In this document: piece after piece, positions 39,336 through 52,649 of the stretch
How positions within the stretch are numbered: the first letter of the stretch is position 1
Layout of the letters: each line of letters opens with the position of its first letter
Assembly: GCA_951406725.2 (NCBI GenBank)
Contig: OX597828.1
Location: 71,052,001 to 71,116,000, forward strand
DNA length: 64,000 nucleotides
DNA from: Octopus vulgaris
Lineage: Eukaryota
Direction: 5' to 3'
Notes under the pieces: model-generated
Database searches by the model: none
What the model was told of the DNA's origin: nothing
What the model saw: the letters and a program-made list of their open reading frames with translations, nothing else
Translations under genes and position numbers: made by a program

Positions 39336-40050
39336 CGCCTACCGAGGCATGTGAAGACTGGATCCAGCTGACTTTGTGGAAGAAACCCTTGTGGTTCAAC
39401 AGAGAGGAAGGTGACTGCAGCAATGCATTGTGGGATGCAGGGAGCATGATGAGGCAAGCAAGACATCTTGGTCATCCACTGCATCTGTCTCCATCCCCGG
39501 TCATATTGGCCTTGTCTTGCCACTGGATTGAAGATGGTCACAGATGAGAGAGTAAGGTCGATGATGCACAACTCTTCATCACTTTAAACCATGTCATTGC
39601 ACAAATCATCTGTCATCATTTAGATGACCAGATGGTCGTTGTGGCCCTGACAGGGGAACATGCACAATATAATTTGTATAATGCTGAATATATAATGTAA
39701 TATGCACCATGTGGTATGTATGTTCTGTTACAGAAGTCCCATGTATGTACCATGTATATCATGTAATGTGTCCCACATGGTGTTTCATACTGGCCTTGAT
39801 GGTAGGTTTCCGGCTAAAGATTATATCTGTATACAATGTAGTGTGTGTATAATGAAGCGAGTATATAAAATGGTGTATATAGTGGCCAACTACACACCTT
39901 CTTGTCACCAGAAATCCCTTAAATCAGCAGTATGATTTCTATCCCTTCCCGTTCCATTCTGTCAACCTAAATACATGGCACCCTCAATAACCTTTACCAT
40001 TCACATAGAGAATCTTGTTCTTCAATCTAGAATCTTCTTTATTATTTCAG

Positions 40051-40127
40051 ATGACAATAAATGCTCGGATTGTTGTTGTAGGTGCATCCACGGTGGGCTT
40101 GTCCTTTCTGGAGACATTGATCTTCTG
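40051..40127 (+). CDS. CFAP61: CFAP61 exon 15 (MTINARIVVVGASTVGLSFLETLIF; Rossmann-like)
   Basis: Phase 0 to 2; NARIVVVGAS.VG.SFLE. Confidence 0.95.
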
Positions 40128-40509
40128 GTATGTTGTTCAGTTGTGCTTATTTCCTTTCGCATGTCCACAATAACCTAACTGTAAATTGGCACAATGAGGA
40201 GCCACTGCAAACAACAAAAACTCTCTATAATTAACAACAGTTTTATTAGTATGTAATTAAAAATTAAAATTCTTTCATTAGAGAGGCTACAAGCATCACT
40301 GTATTAAGATACCCCATAAAAATGAGTTCTTATCTTTCATACTATGTTCCTGAATTTCACAGATGCCCTTCCAATTTTTGTCTTCCATTCAGACATAGAA
40401 TATAACCACATAACCAAACTCAAATATGTCTGCCCATAATTCACACTTACCTTTCTCATAAACTTTCCCACATTACATTTCTAACTTCTCACATTTCATC
40501 TTTTTCTTT

Positions 40510-40990
40510 CTTAGAGCAGCTAACTGGCTTCTGTGCCAGTGGCACATAAAGGCACCATTCGAGTGTGATCTTTACCAGCTTCACCTTACTGGCACTTGTG
40601 CCCCATGCTAGTAGGGTGCTAAGAGTACCATCTGAGCGTGATCGTTGCCAGAGCGGCTAACTGGCTTCTGTGCCGGTGACATGTAAGAGGCACCATTCGA
40701 GCGAGATCGTTACCAGCATCGCCTTACTGGCACCTGTGCCATTGGCATGTGTAAAAAGATTCGAGTGAAGTCATTGCCAGTGCCGCCTGACTGGCCCCTG
40801 TGCCGGTGGCATGTAAAAAGCACCCACTACACTCTTGAAGTGGTTGGCGTTAGGAAGGGCATCCAGCTGTAGAAACTCTGCCAGATCAAGACTGGAGCCT
40901 GGTGCAGCAATCTGGTTCACCACTCCTCAGTCAAATCGTCCAACCCATGCTAGCATGGAAAGCGGACGTTAAATGATGGTGATGATGATT
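40510..40990 (+). mobile_element. SINE 3' portion with tandem subrepeats and RTE-type tail
   Basis: Same family as 27640-28025. Confidence 0.8.
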
Positions 40991-41188
40991 TCACATCATA
41001 CATTTCATGTTCCACTCTGCACACTTCCCAAGTCATTGATGACATTGCTAAAAACCCTAAACTAAAGAATTTAACGAAAATCACCACAGCCGAGATATCT
41101 TAAGTTAATGAAATTAAGAGTTTGTGGCATTCATGCCTTTGTAACTAAAAATATGTGTTTCTGTTTTATTTTCCAATTTTCTTTGCAG

Positions 41189-41287
41189 TCCTCATTTGAA
41201 TTTCAACAATATCACCCTGGTTTCACCCCATGGTCTGCCTGCAGAGTCAAAGCCTGATCCACATCTTCAGAATATGATGGCATCGAA
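41189..41287 (+). CDS. CFAP61: CFAP61 exon 16 (PHLNFNNITLVSPHGLP...)
   Basis: Phase 2 to 2; HL.FNN.TL.S.HGLP. Confidence 0.93.
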
Positions 41288-41715
41288 GTAATTATTGTTT
41301 ATTAATTTTTTTGCTTTTTTTAATTAACAACTTTCCAATGAACTCTGACCAGTCGTCATTTTACCATAAAATCGCGGCAACATTTATTATTTCTATAGTA
41401 ACATTTACCATCACCATAGCAACATATATCATCACTATAGCAACATTTACCATCTCCAAAGCAACAGTTATCATCCCCATAGCAACATTTAACATCATCA
41501 TAGAAATATTAGCATCAACATGGTAGCATTTATCTTCACCATAGCAACCACTATAGCTACATTTATTATAACCATAAGATTTAGCATCACCATAGCAACA
41601 TTTACAATCACCATAGCAACATTTATAAACAGAATAGGATGATTTAGTACCAACATTTTGGCGCACCCGTTTCGTGGAGGTGAAAATTTTGCTGCTGATG
41701 GCAAACATAGGCGCA

Positions 41716-41758
<43 letters not shown>

Positions 41759-41929
41759 GATATCAAATATATTAAAACGAAAATGTAGAGTTATCTCCCT
41801 TACTATGACTATCTGTTAATGTGCGAGTGTAAGGAGAGAAAACTTCGAATGACCCCTCCGTGTTTTTTCTTGTCCCTTTTTTTGTATCATGTCTGGATGT
41901 TTTGCGTTCTTGTCCCATTTTTTGTGTTC

Positions 41930-41930
<1 letters not shown>

Positions 41931-41987
<57 letters not shown>

Positions 41988-42353
41988 GGCAGTTTGTCTG
42001 TGCGTGTTTCTGTGTGTCTGTTTGCTTGTACCCTCACCCTGACCACGGCTTTCAACCGATTCTGATGAAACTTGACACACACATAGCCAAATGTCATAAT
42101 TCAAAACTAACGCAGCGAAAATTTTGAATAGTTCCCCCAGTTCTGAAAAAAATCGATAAATTCGACATGGGGTCGAGAATCAGAAACACAAACCACAAAC
42201 TGTCTAGGGGACGCAGCTCCACCTTTTTTAACTCTCAAAAAAAATTTACCATCATTTTTTTCCATTTTTTTGCTATTTTTTGGCTATAACTCTCTAAAAA
42301 TGCTTTATAGTTATTTCCCTTACAAACCTGAGCAACGCCGGGCGATACTGCTA

Positions 42354-42354
<1 letters not shown>
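41931..42354 (+). mobile_element. Helitron variant sharing the 3' end of copies 1-3 but with a different 5' body
   Basis: Same hairpin plus CTAG|T 3' end; 5' boundary hidden in (TA)n. Confidence 0.7.
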
Positions 42355-42408
<54 letters not shown>

Positions 42409-42673
42409 ATTTAGGGTATCTAAGAGATACCGCCACACTGGAGATAGCAGCCAAAACCTTACTCTAAAACCACGTTAAATGTTCATACAGCACCAGGTGT
42501 ATGTATGACCATTTAATGTGTTTTAGAGTCAGGTTTTGGCTGCTATCTCCAGTGTGGCGGTATCTCTTAGATACCCTAAATTATGATTTTATTAATAATA
42601 TCATTACCTTTGAAGGTTTTTATTGCCATGCTGGCCACCTTGATAAGATCAATATTTGAATTAACGATCTTAT

Positions 42674-42753
<80 letters not shown>

Positions 42754-43208
42754 GTATATATACACACACACTCAGCAAAGACGTATTATTGTTAATAAGA
42801 AGAAAACAGTATATTTGATTTATCAAAAATAAAGTTGTATTTAATTGATAATTTGTTAATTACGATCAGCGCTACCTAACCAGTTTGTTGTTATGAAGAA
42901 GAATATAAAAACCATATTTCTTCAGTGCCACACCATCCAAATTAAATGAGTTTTGTGAGGAAATATTGCTGCAAAATTGCCAGCACCAAAGTGTCTTTAG
43001 CCCCCATTTCTTGGCACTGTAATAACATCTTTAAAAAATTCTGTGACATTATTACAGCCTCCATACCTGTTCTGCCCTGATCCCTTTTCTCATACTTTAA
43101 TCTCATTTCTCTCTTAGCTTAAAGCACCCCCTCCTTTCTTCAACCTCCACTTTGTCAAAGAGGACCTTAATCTTGTAAGCTGAAAAAATAGCACCCAGTA
43201 CATGCTGC

Positions 43209-44812
43209 AAAGTGGTTGGGGGTCAGGAAAGGCATCCGGCCATAGAAACCATGCCAAAGTGGTTGGGGGTCAGGAAAGGCATCCAGCCATAGAAACCATG
43301 CCAAAGTGGTTGGGGGTCAGGAAGGGCATCCAGCCATAGAAACCATGCCAAAGTGGTTGGGGGTCAGGAAAGGCATCCGGCCACAGAAACCATGCCAAAG
43401 TGGTTGGGGGTCAGGAAGGGCATCCGGCCATAGAAACCATGCCAAAGTGGTTGGGGGTCAGGAAAGGCATCCAGCCATAGAAACCATGCCAAAGTGGTTG
43501 GGGGTCAGGAAGGGCATCCAGCCATAGAAACCATGCCAAAGTGGTTGGGGGTCAGGAAGGGCATCCGGCCACAGAAACCATGCCAAAGTGGTTGGGGGTC
43601 AGGAAGGGCATCCGGCCACAGAAACCATGCCAAAGTGGTTGGGGGTCAGGAAGGGCATCCGGCCATGGAAACCATGCCAAAGTGGTTGGGGGTCAGGAAG
43701 GGCATCCGGCCACAGAAACCATGCCAAAGTGGTTGGGGGTCAGGAAGGGCATCCGGCCATGGAAACCATGCCAAAGTGGTTGGGGGTCAGGAAGGGCATC
43801 CGGCCATGGAAACCATGCCAAAGTGGTTGGGGGTCAGGAAAGGCATCCAGCCATAGAAACCATGCCAAAGTGGTTGGGGGTCAGGAAGGGCATCCGGCCA
43901 TGGAAACCATGCCAAAGTGGTTGGGGGTCAGGAAAGGCATCCAGCCACAGAAACCATGCCAAAGTGGTTGGGGGTCAGGAAGGGCATCCGGCCATGGAAA
44001 CCATGCCAAAGTGGTTGGGGGTCAGGAAGGGCATCCGGCCATGGAAACTATGCCAAAGTGGTTGGGGGTCAGGAAAGGCATCCAGCCATAGAAACCATGC
44101 CAAAGTGGTTGGGGGTCAGGAAGGGCATCCGGCCACAGAAACCATGCCAAAGTGGTTGGGGGTCAGGAAGGGCATCCGGCCATGGAAACCATGCCGAAGT
44201 GGTTGGGGGTCAGGAAAGGCATCCAGCCATAGAAACCATGCCAAAGTGGTTGGGGGTCAGGAAGGGCATCCGGCCATGGAAACCATGCCAAAGTGGTTGG
44301 GGGTCAGGAAAGGCATCTGGCCACAGAAACCATGCCAAAGTGGTTGGGGGTCAGGAAAGGCATCCGGCCATGGAAACCATGCCAAAGTGGTTGGGGGTCA
44401 GGAAGGGCATCCGGCCATGGAAACCATGCCAAAGTGGTTGGGGGTCAGGAAAGGCATCCGGCCACAGAAACCATGCCAAAGTGGTTGGGGGTCAGGAAAG
44501 GCATCCGGCCATGGAAACCATGCCAAAGTGGTTGGGGGTCAGGAAGGGCATCCAGCCATAGAAACCATGCCAAAGTGGTTGGGGGTCAGGAAGGGCATCC
44601 AGCCATAGAAACCATGCCAAAGTGGTTGGGGGTCAGGAAAGGCATCCGGCCACAGAAACCATGCCAAAGTGGTTGGGGGTCAGGAAAGGCATCCGGCCAT
44701 GGAAACCATGCCAAAGTGGTTGGGGGTCAGGAAGGGCATCCAGCCATAGAAACCATGCCAAAGTGGTTGGGGGTCAGGAAGGGCATCCAGCCATAGAAAC
44801 CATGCTAAAGTG
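43209..44812. repeat. 47-bp minisatellite (aagtggttgggggtcaggaagggcatccagccatagaaaccatgcca), roughly 34 copies
   Basis: Head-to-tail units; source of the 43.3-44.8 kb artefact ORFs. Confidence 0.97.
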
Positions 44813-45177
44813 GATGCTGGACCTTAATGCAGTTCTCCATCACTACTCAGACCCTGTTGAGCCCCCCCCCCCCACCCACCCATACTTGCATAGAACATGG
44901 ATGTTAAATGATTGTGATTATGATGAGGAGGAGGATGCTGCAAATGATGAGGAAGAGGATAATGATGATGACGATGATGAGGAAGAGGATGATGAGGAGG
45001 AGGAGGAAGAGGATAATGAAGTTGATGATAATGATAAAGAAGAGAATGATAGCAATGGAGTTGACTCCAACCTACCATATGACTTTAACAATCCCCCACC
45101 ACCCTACCACTAACCCTCCTATCACTACACCACCACCACCACCATACTACCACTAAGACCATCTCCTTGTCTTTCAG

Positions 45178-45264
45178 TTTCTACTACAGTCCAGATCACC
45201 TGGCCAGAACATCACTGAGGTCATGGGTGAGTGTGGTCAAAAGTAAGATGACCAAAATTGTAAG
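45178..45264 (+). CDS. CFAP61: CFAP61 exon 17 (FYYSPDHLARTSLRSWVSVVKSKMTKIVR)
   Basis: Phase 2 to 2; SL.SWV.VV..KMT.I.R. Confidence 0.9.
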
Positions 45265-45523
45265 GTAACTACTTTTACAATCACTTTTTCCACTACCATC
45301 CAACTACCTTTTACAGTCACCTTTCTATTCATTTAACCTCTACCTACCTTTATAATCACCTAACTATGCCTATTAGCCACCTTTATATTAATCTAACATC
45401 TACCTGTCTTCAGAATCACTTCATGGACCAACTACTTTTATAGTCACCTCACCTGTTGTCTTAATTACATTTTCATCCATAAACCCTAACCTCATTTGTT
45501 TTTTGTTTTGTTTTTTTTCTCAG

Positions 45524-45729
45524 AGAGAAGAAACATCTTATTACATCTAATGGCCACACCATTCCATATGACCACCTCTTCCTCTGCTGTGGTCTTCAAT
45601 ATACTTCTGTGGTTTGGGATGACAAGAATCCTTTTGCCAAACAGGACCGTTCCTTCTTTGTCATAAACAATTTGGTTGATGCAGCTGAAGCCATTAAATG
45701 GGTCGTCCTGCACGTCCTTTGTGCACCAG
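45524..45729 (+). CDS. CFAP61: CFAP61 exon 18 (...IPYDHLFLCCGLQY...)
   Basis: Phase 2 to 1; PYDHL.LC.G.QY oxidoreductase-like motif. Confidence 0.93.
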
Positions 45730-46289
45730 GTGAGGGAAATCCTTATTTTCTCACGTAAACACCTGACTGAATCATTAAGTTTTTCTTTTTTGTTTTTTGC
45801 ATATCATCATCATCATCTGACATGTGTTGGGTGGTTCTACAGGAACCAATAAGCCAGTGGATTGCACCAAACTCCAATATCCGCTTTTACACGGTTCCTT
45901 TGGCTGGATGCCCTTCCTCGTGCCAACAACTTTGTACAGGTCATGCTACAACTACAACATTACCCAGACATATTCTTCAAGACATATTCTTCAATAGAAA
46001 ATCAGAAGATAAAAACAAACAGGAAGTGGGGAGTGATTGATGAGCTCCTCTAAAAGAGAGGCATGTGACAAGGGCCAAGCCAGAAGGGGAAATACATTGG
46101 TGTCACATTTTGTGGGTGAAATTGAAATATCATTAGACAATAATATAGCAGGGATGTCAACTCCTCTCTCTCAGACAGGTGGTTAGTGTAAGAGCAGTGT
46201 GAGGTAAGGATGACTTAGGGCGTGTGTGATAGATGGTGAGAGGATAGCTGACTATGTTTCAGTTACATATATAGATATAATAATATAAT

Positions 46290-46670
46290 AATAATAATAA
46301 TAATAATAATGAAATTATTGTATACAGTGCTCAGGTGCACCACAACTTGTCAAAAAGTGCGTATAAAGCATATGCAGTATGTACAAATGTCTGGAAAGTG
46401 CACAGTGTATGAGTCAGATACATGCTTGTGTGTGTATGGAGGGGAGAAAATCAGGTGTAGTGTTGGTGAATCTCAGGAAGCATGGAAGTTTTGGTGGATG
46501 CAGTGCTCCGACAACTAACAACTGATGCCGGCAGTTTGTTCCATGCTCCAGCAACTCTTAACGTGGAAAAATGTTTCTGAAAGTCATGGGAGCTGTGCTG
46601 TTTTCTGACTTTGTAAACATGTCCACGGGTGTTAGACGGGTGGAGTTTGAAAAGGTGCTCAGAGTTATTC
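46290..46670 (-). mobile_element. CR1/L2-like LINE 3' end
   Basis: Homologous to 28960-29335. Confidence 0.7.
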
Positions 46671-48615
46671 TTTATCTTTATCTAGTTTCAGCTCACGAGC
46701 TGTGGCCATGCTGCGGCACCGCCATTTGCTGTTTTATATTCATACATAAGCTTTGTTGTAGTAAGGGTTATTTTTTTTTTTGATCTGAACAAATTTAAGA
46801 TTCGGTCAAGGTTACTGAAATTTTCTATTTTCAATTATTTTCAAGTATGGAGCCCTGAGAACTTGTGGAAGCACAGCCCAGTGCCAGGGTCGGATAAAAC
46901 AGGTCAGTTTTCAATATGTAATTTTATTTTTGTATGCCTACAAGTCTGTATAGTGTAACTTTTCATTCTAATAAAATGGCAAACACCTCGAAGGAAATAA
47001 ACATTTGCCGTAACAACAGAGAGTACAAAAAGAAAAGAAAAAGAAAACAAACTTTAACAGAAAGACTTACATTTTGTCAAATGGGGAAAATAATGTAATT
47101 TTGATATTATAATAAATTAGTTTACACAGCAAAGACAAATATAGGAACATCAAAAACTCTTTTGCTAGTGTTACTAAACAAAGATCTTAGAAGAAAATAA
47201 AAACCAGCATGGCAGCTATTTGTTACAACAAAAAATACCTCCTTGCTTAAGGATTTGTCCAAAAATGGAAGGAGGGAGGGAGGGTTTCTAATCGCTTCTA
47301 AAAGAACAGCTGAAGGAAGCTTTGGCAAATTGTGGAATGATGTGGTTTCCACCTAGTGGATCTGGTTACATTGAAGTGTGTTCCTAGTCTTCAAGACCCA
47401 GGAAGAGATCAGATGACTGGCTGAGTGGATTGGGCCTACCAACAGGTCCATGGTGCTGCAATATCTGAGTCAGCAAAATATAAGGTTTGCAGTTAGGGGC
47501 ATTATTAATGACAGTTGCCCTTTGCTCGTCATCAGTACTGGTAGGTGATGAGTACCAAAGTTCTTAGAAATAGTATGTCAGATGTCTGTGTCAAGATACA
47601 AATCTTAATGACTCTTGAAGACTACAAGGTCATACTGGAGCTGTACCCCACTGAGGGGGACGAAGGAAAGGCCATGAGATTAGTGATTCAAGGTAAGATG
47701 TTAAGCTGATATAGAGGCAGACGTAAGGGCCATTTGAGAGTTTTCTGCCTTTTGGCATTGGAGAGGCAGAAGAGGAGGTGAAAGTGAAAGGTAACGAAAG
47801 ATGAAGAAAAACCCCACTTCATCCTAAGTATGAGCCAATGACCTTGCTTCTTTTAGTACCACTCCCCCACCATCTTGCAAAGGGGAGGAAATGGAAGCCT
47901 GGAAGGGATGGCTAATGGTGACATTACTTAGACTTAGGCCTGTCATAAAATCTAGGACCCATAGGGCTGGGGATTAAACTGGTTTCCATGGCATACAAGT
48001 CACTCAGCTTACAACACTTCCCCCACACCCTGGATGGAATGCCAATCCCTCGCAGGGTTAACTTCTCAGCCGTTGTTGGAACTCATTTGCAGCTGAGTGA
48101 ACTGAAGCAGAGGAGAAATGAAGTGTCTTGCTCAAGAACACAATGCACTACCAAGTCTGAGAACAGAAACCACAATCTCGCAATTGGGAGATCACCATTC
48201 CAACCTCTAAGCCATGCACCTTCTATTGTAATAGAAGCAAAAATAAGGAGTGTGTGTGTGTGTGTGTCTAATGAGAGATTTGAACCCTCTGGACCAGTTC
48301 AAATATTTACTTATGACCAGCGGTGGTGGTGGTGGCAGTGGTGGTAGTGGTGGTGGTGGCAGCAGTGGTGGTGGTGGTGGTGGTGGTGGCGGCGGCGGCG
48401 GTGGTGGTGGTGGTGGTGGTGGCAGTGGTGGTAGTGGTGGTGGTGGCAGCAGTGGCAGTGGCAGTGGTGGTGGTGGTGGTGGCGGCCGCGGCGGTGGTGG
48501 TGGTGGTGGTGGTGGTGGTGGTGGTGGTGGTGGCGGTGGCGGCGGTGGCAGCATAGTTATATATGTTTGTTTTTTGTTCTATCTGATCAATGCAGATATA
48601 TTTTGTGTGTTTCAG

Positions 48616-48731
48616 GTAACATTATAATCTACGGTGACACTCTTGATGCTTACTGCTTCCTGCAGACAATGCTGGAACTGGGCCTTTCTGGTAAATCCAT
48701 TCACCTGATGATTCCGACAACAGAAAAAGTG
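48616..48731 (+). CDS. CFAP61: CFAP61 exon 19 (GNIIIYGDTLDAYCFLQTMLELG...)
   Basis: Phase 1 to 0; G.IIVYG.T.D.Y motif. Confidence 0.92.
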
Positions 48732-49289
48732 GTAATTCTTGCCATTTATTCACATCAGCCTTAACAATGACAACTGGTATACATTACTGTCATGTGACCG
48801 GTGGAGGAGGAGTTAATGTCATGTGACCAGTTAGTTGAATCTGTGGTCTACTAATTCCAGGTGGTGGTGATGATGGTGGTGGTGGTGGTGGTGGTGGTGG
48901 TGGTCAGAGCCTCAGGTCAGTTCTATGTGATCACAGACGTCCTAGACATGACCTTCCTGTCTTTTATTTAGTCATTATCTAAGATGTTGTTTGGCTCAGA
49001 TCAGCCTTAATTAGACAGACTTATGATCCAAGACATTCCAGCTTTGTATATAAAAGATAAAATTGCCGTGTGTCTCCCTTGTTTGAAATTCTGCCTGTAT
49101 ATGGAATTTGTTTTACGATTAAGTAGACTGATCTTTTATTGTAGTATGTACACCCATACTTAGGTAAATGATGGCTTATCATGGCACCCTCCTACCCTGA
49201 TGTAATCTCCAGGGATACAGGCATCCAGTAGACTGATCTTTTATTGTAGTATGTACACCCATACTTAGGTAAATGATGGCTTATCATGG

Positions 49290-49430
49290 CACCCTCCTAC
49301 CCTGATGTAATCTCCAGGGATACAGGCATCCAGCAACAGGACCTCCGTAATGCTATGATGGACTGTGAAGTCTGGCGTAGCATGGTAAATTCCATTGTCT
49401 CGACCACGGTCAAACAATGATGATGATGAT
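49290..49430 (+). mobile_element. RTE LINE extreme 3' fragment
   Basis: Same sequence as the 38941-39075 tail, ending (GAT)n. Confidence 0.8.
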
Positions 49431-49959
49431 GGCACCCTTTTACCTCTGGGTGAACTGTGTCTGTACATGGCACCTATTGGCAGTTAGGTGGACTGGGTCA
49501 TTGAAACTAAGATGTTGACCACAGCTACAATGCAGCCCTGGTGGTTGTATCCAAAACCTTCAACCAGGTTACCATCTCTCTGATCTTCCACATAACCTGT
49601 TAACCCACACAGCTTGTAGACCCAGTCAAAATGTTGATCCTCTCTATCCATTGACCCCAGTAAAGGTTGTTCTTAACTCAAGATGCTATTGGCAACAGTC
49701 CTCCAAGTGTTGGGTCACAGGAAACCAGCAAGGACTCACAGCTGTATCCATGCATAAACTCTAGCTAACCTCTGGCCAGAACAGGACTACTACCCTAGGA
49801 CCACGCCCAACACATGTCTGTCCTGCACAACACACCCATAAGAAAGGGGCTGTTTTGAACCTACAACTTCTTCACATGACATCACTTCCTCTCCCTCCTG
49901 GTCAATCATCCTTCCTCCACACCTATTTTGCATGTTGCCCATTCAGTTTGTTAATCCTC

Positions 49960-50275
49960 TCTGTGTTGGCCTACTCAGTATGTTGCCCCACCCACTTCAT
50001 ATGCTGACCCACCCCTTCAGCATTTTAACCCACCTACACAATGCATTGACCCATCCTGCATGTTGGCCTACTCAGTATGTTGACCCACCCCTTCAGCATT
50101 TTAACCCACCTACACAATGCATTGACCCATCCTGCATGTTGGCCTACTCAGTATGTTGCCCCACCCACTTCATATGCTGACCCACCCCTTCAGCATTTTA
50201 ACCCACCTACACAATGCATTGACCCATCCTGCATGTTGGCCTACTTAGTATGTTGCCCCACCCACTCAGCTTGTT
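49960..50275. repeat. Tandem duplication array of roughly 80-110-bp units
   Basis: Repeated cacccttcagcattttaacccacctacacaatgcattgacccatcctgcatgttggcctact. Confidence 0.85.
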
Positions 50276-50491
50276 GATCCACCCACCTTGTTAACCCACT
50301 TGCCATGTTTGCCCACTCATTTTGATACCAGTTACCTGACAAATTAACCCTCTGTTGCATCACCCACCCCCCACTCACTCAGCTGTACCTCTCTTGCCCC
50401 CTCCCTCCTCCCTTACCAACGGTGTCCCATGGCAACCCAACATAATTCTCCTGTCAAAACCTGGGACGACTGAGATGTTGTATATTTGTAG

Positions 50492-50662
50492 GCTCCTGAG
50501 GTGAATGACTATATCGAGGAAATGATCTTCAGTGAGTTGGTCAATCAGAATGTTCAGATCCATTTCAATTGTGACTTTGTCAAGTGGAGCACCATCGAGG
50601 ACTCTTCAAGCAGATATGCCTACTTCCACGACAGACGGAAATCCTTTAAAATTGAGTATGTT
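50492..50662 (+). CDS. CFAP61: CFAP61 exon 20 (APEVNDYIEEMIFSELVNQNV...KIEYV)
   Basis: tttgtag acceptor, GTT|gtgagt donor, phase 0 to 0; divergent. Confidence 0.8.
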
Positions 50663-50689
50663 GTGAGTATTTCTTCAAATACATGTCCA

Positions 50690-51570
50690 AAGAAATGTAT
50701 GAAATGTATGTGCGGATTATATGAAATGTGGTGGGGGTGGTATATGAAATGCATGTGTGGAATATATGAAATATGTGTGTGAAATATATGAAATATGTGT
50801 GGTGGAATATATGAAGTGTGTGTGTGGAGTATATGAAATATGTGTGGTGGAATATATGAAATATGTGTGTGAAATATACGAAACGTGTGTGTGTAGAATA
50901 TATGAAATGTGTGTGTGGAATATATGAAATATGTGTGTGGAATATATGAAATGTGTGTGGTGGAATATATGAAATATGTGTGTGTAGAATATATGAAATG
51001 TGTGTGTGTAGAATATATGAAATGTGTGTGTGTGGAATATATGAAATACGCGTGTGAAATATACGAAACGTGTGTGTGTGGAATATATGAAATATGTGTG
51101 TGAAATATACGAAACGTGTGTGTGTAGAATATATGAAATGTGTGTGTGGAATATATGAAATATGTGTGTGAAATATACGAAATGTGTGTGTGTGGAATAT
51201 ATGAAATATGTGTGTGAAATATACGAAACGTGTGTGTGTAGAATATATGAAATGTGTGTGTGGAATATATGAAATATGTGTGTGAAATATACGAAATGTG
51301 TGTGTGTGGAATATATGAAATATGTGTGTGAAATATATGAAATGTGTGTGTGTGTAGAATATATGAAATGTGTGTGTGTGGAATATATGAAATACGTGTG
51401 TGAAATATACGAAACGTGTGTGTGGAATATATGAAATGATTGTGGTGGAATATATGAATTGTGTGTGTGTGGAATATATGAAATGTGTGTGTGTGGAATA
51501 TATGAAATGTGTGTGTGTGGAATATATGAAATGTGTGCAGTGGAATATATGAAATGCATGTGGAATATGT
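50690..51570. repeat. Degenerate ~22-bp satellite (gaatatatgaaatgtgtgtgtg)
   Basis: Visible tandem periodicity directly after exon 20. Confidence 0.92.
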
Positions 51571-51793
51571 GCCTGTGAAAAGTATGTTGAATTGGTATCT
51601 CTATGGTACTACTTTGAAGAACTTTTAGTTAAACCAATCAACTCCAGGATTTATTATCCTTTTGTAAAACTTGGTGCTTGTTCTTTGCCAAACTGCTGAG
51701 GTAAGCACACCAACACCGGTTGTCACGCAGTGGTGGAGAACAAACAGAGACACAAAAGCACACACACATAGATATATAAATGTGTATGTATAG

Positions 51794-51835
<42 letters not shown>

Positions 51836-52320
51836 CAAATAAGAAAATGGAGAAACAAATTTGGTTTGTTCATCAACTTACGGATATTATAATGTTGGAT
51901 TATTTATTCATTTTTCAAATGAGAACATCAAAAGTATACGAAACATTATATAAATCAATGGATAAGATAATAATACAAATACAGATTTTAAAAGTCATAT
52001 TATGAATTATTGAAATCCAGAAATTACTTACAGCTGTTTCAGCCTATGGTCAAAAGCGAATCTAATTTTCATTGCCTATAGATGTCAATGTACTAGAGTT
52101 GTAGGCATTTAAAAAATATAATACTTATATATACACATGGCAGGTTTATTTCAGTCTCCATCTGCTAAATCCCCAAGGCTTTGGTTATCCCAAAGGCTAT
52201 AGTAGAGGACACTTGCCCAATGTGCCATGCCACTGAACCCAGAACCATGTGGTTGGGAAGCTAACTTCTTACCACACAGCCATGCCTGTGCCTATCCACA
52301 CAGATCCTTTAAAATTGGCG

Positions 52321-52649
52321 TATCTTCAGAGGGTCATTATGCCAATAATAAACACACACACTGGTTCTATTTCACTTCTTTGCTTTTATTAGTCAATTGA
52401 TTAACTATTTAAGCAATTAACTAATAAATTATTTGATTAATCAATAGATCAATCAGTCAATCAGGTACTCCTTCCATCACTATTTGCAATTCTAACTTAC
52501 CTCACTGATTGATTGATTGATTGATTGACCAAACGATTAATGAAGCAGTCGATTAGTTAATTGGTTAACGAATTCATAAATGAAAAATAAAGAAGCAAAA
52601 TATAATCAGTGCATGTGTTTATTATTGGCATAATGGCCCTCCCAAGATA
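52321..52649. mobile_element. Palindromic MITE-like element
   Basis: Arms gagggtcattatgccaataataaacac / gtgtttattattggcataatggccctc. Confidence 0.65.

Noticed and set aside
43306-45113. Repeat-protein ORFs or CRISPR-like array
   Set aside because: The 47-bp unit is SINE-derived, spacer-less and intronic. The acidic tail is an expanded (GAT/GAG)n.
48207-48627. Gly-rich or Pro-rich protein
   Set aside because: (GGT/GGC)n microsatellite upstream of exon 19, with no splice or homology support.
50717-51559. 280-aa His-rich ORF
   Set aside because: Translation of a degenerate satellite.
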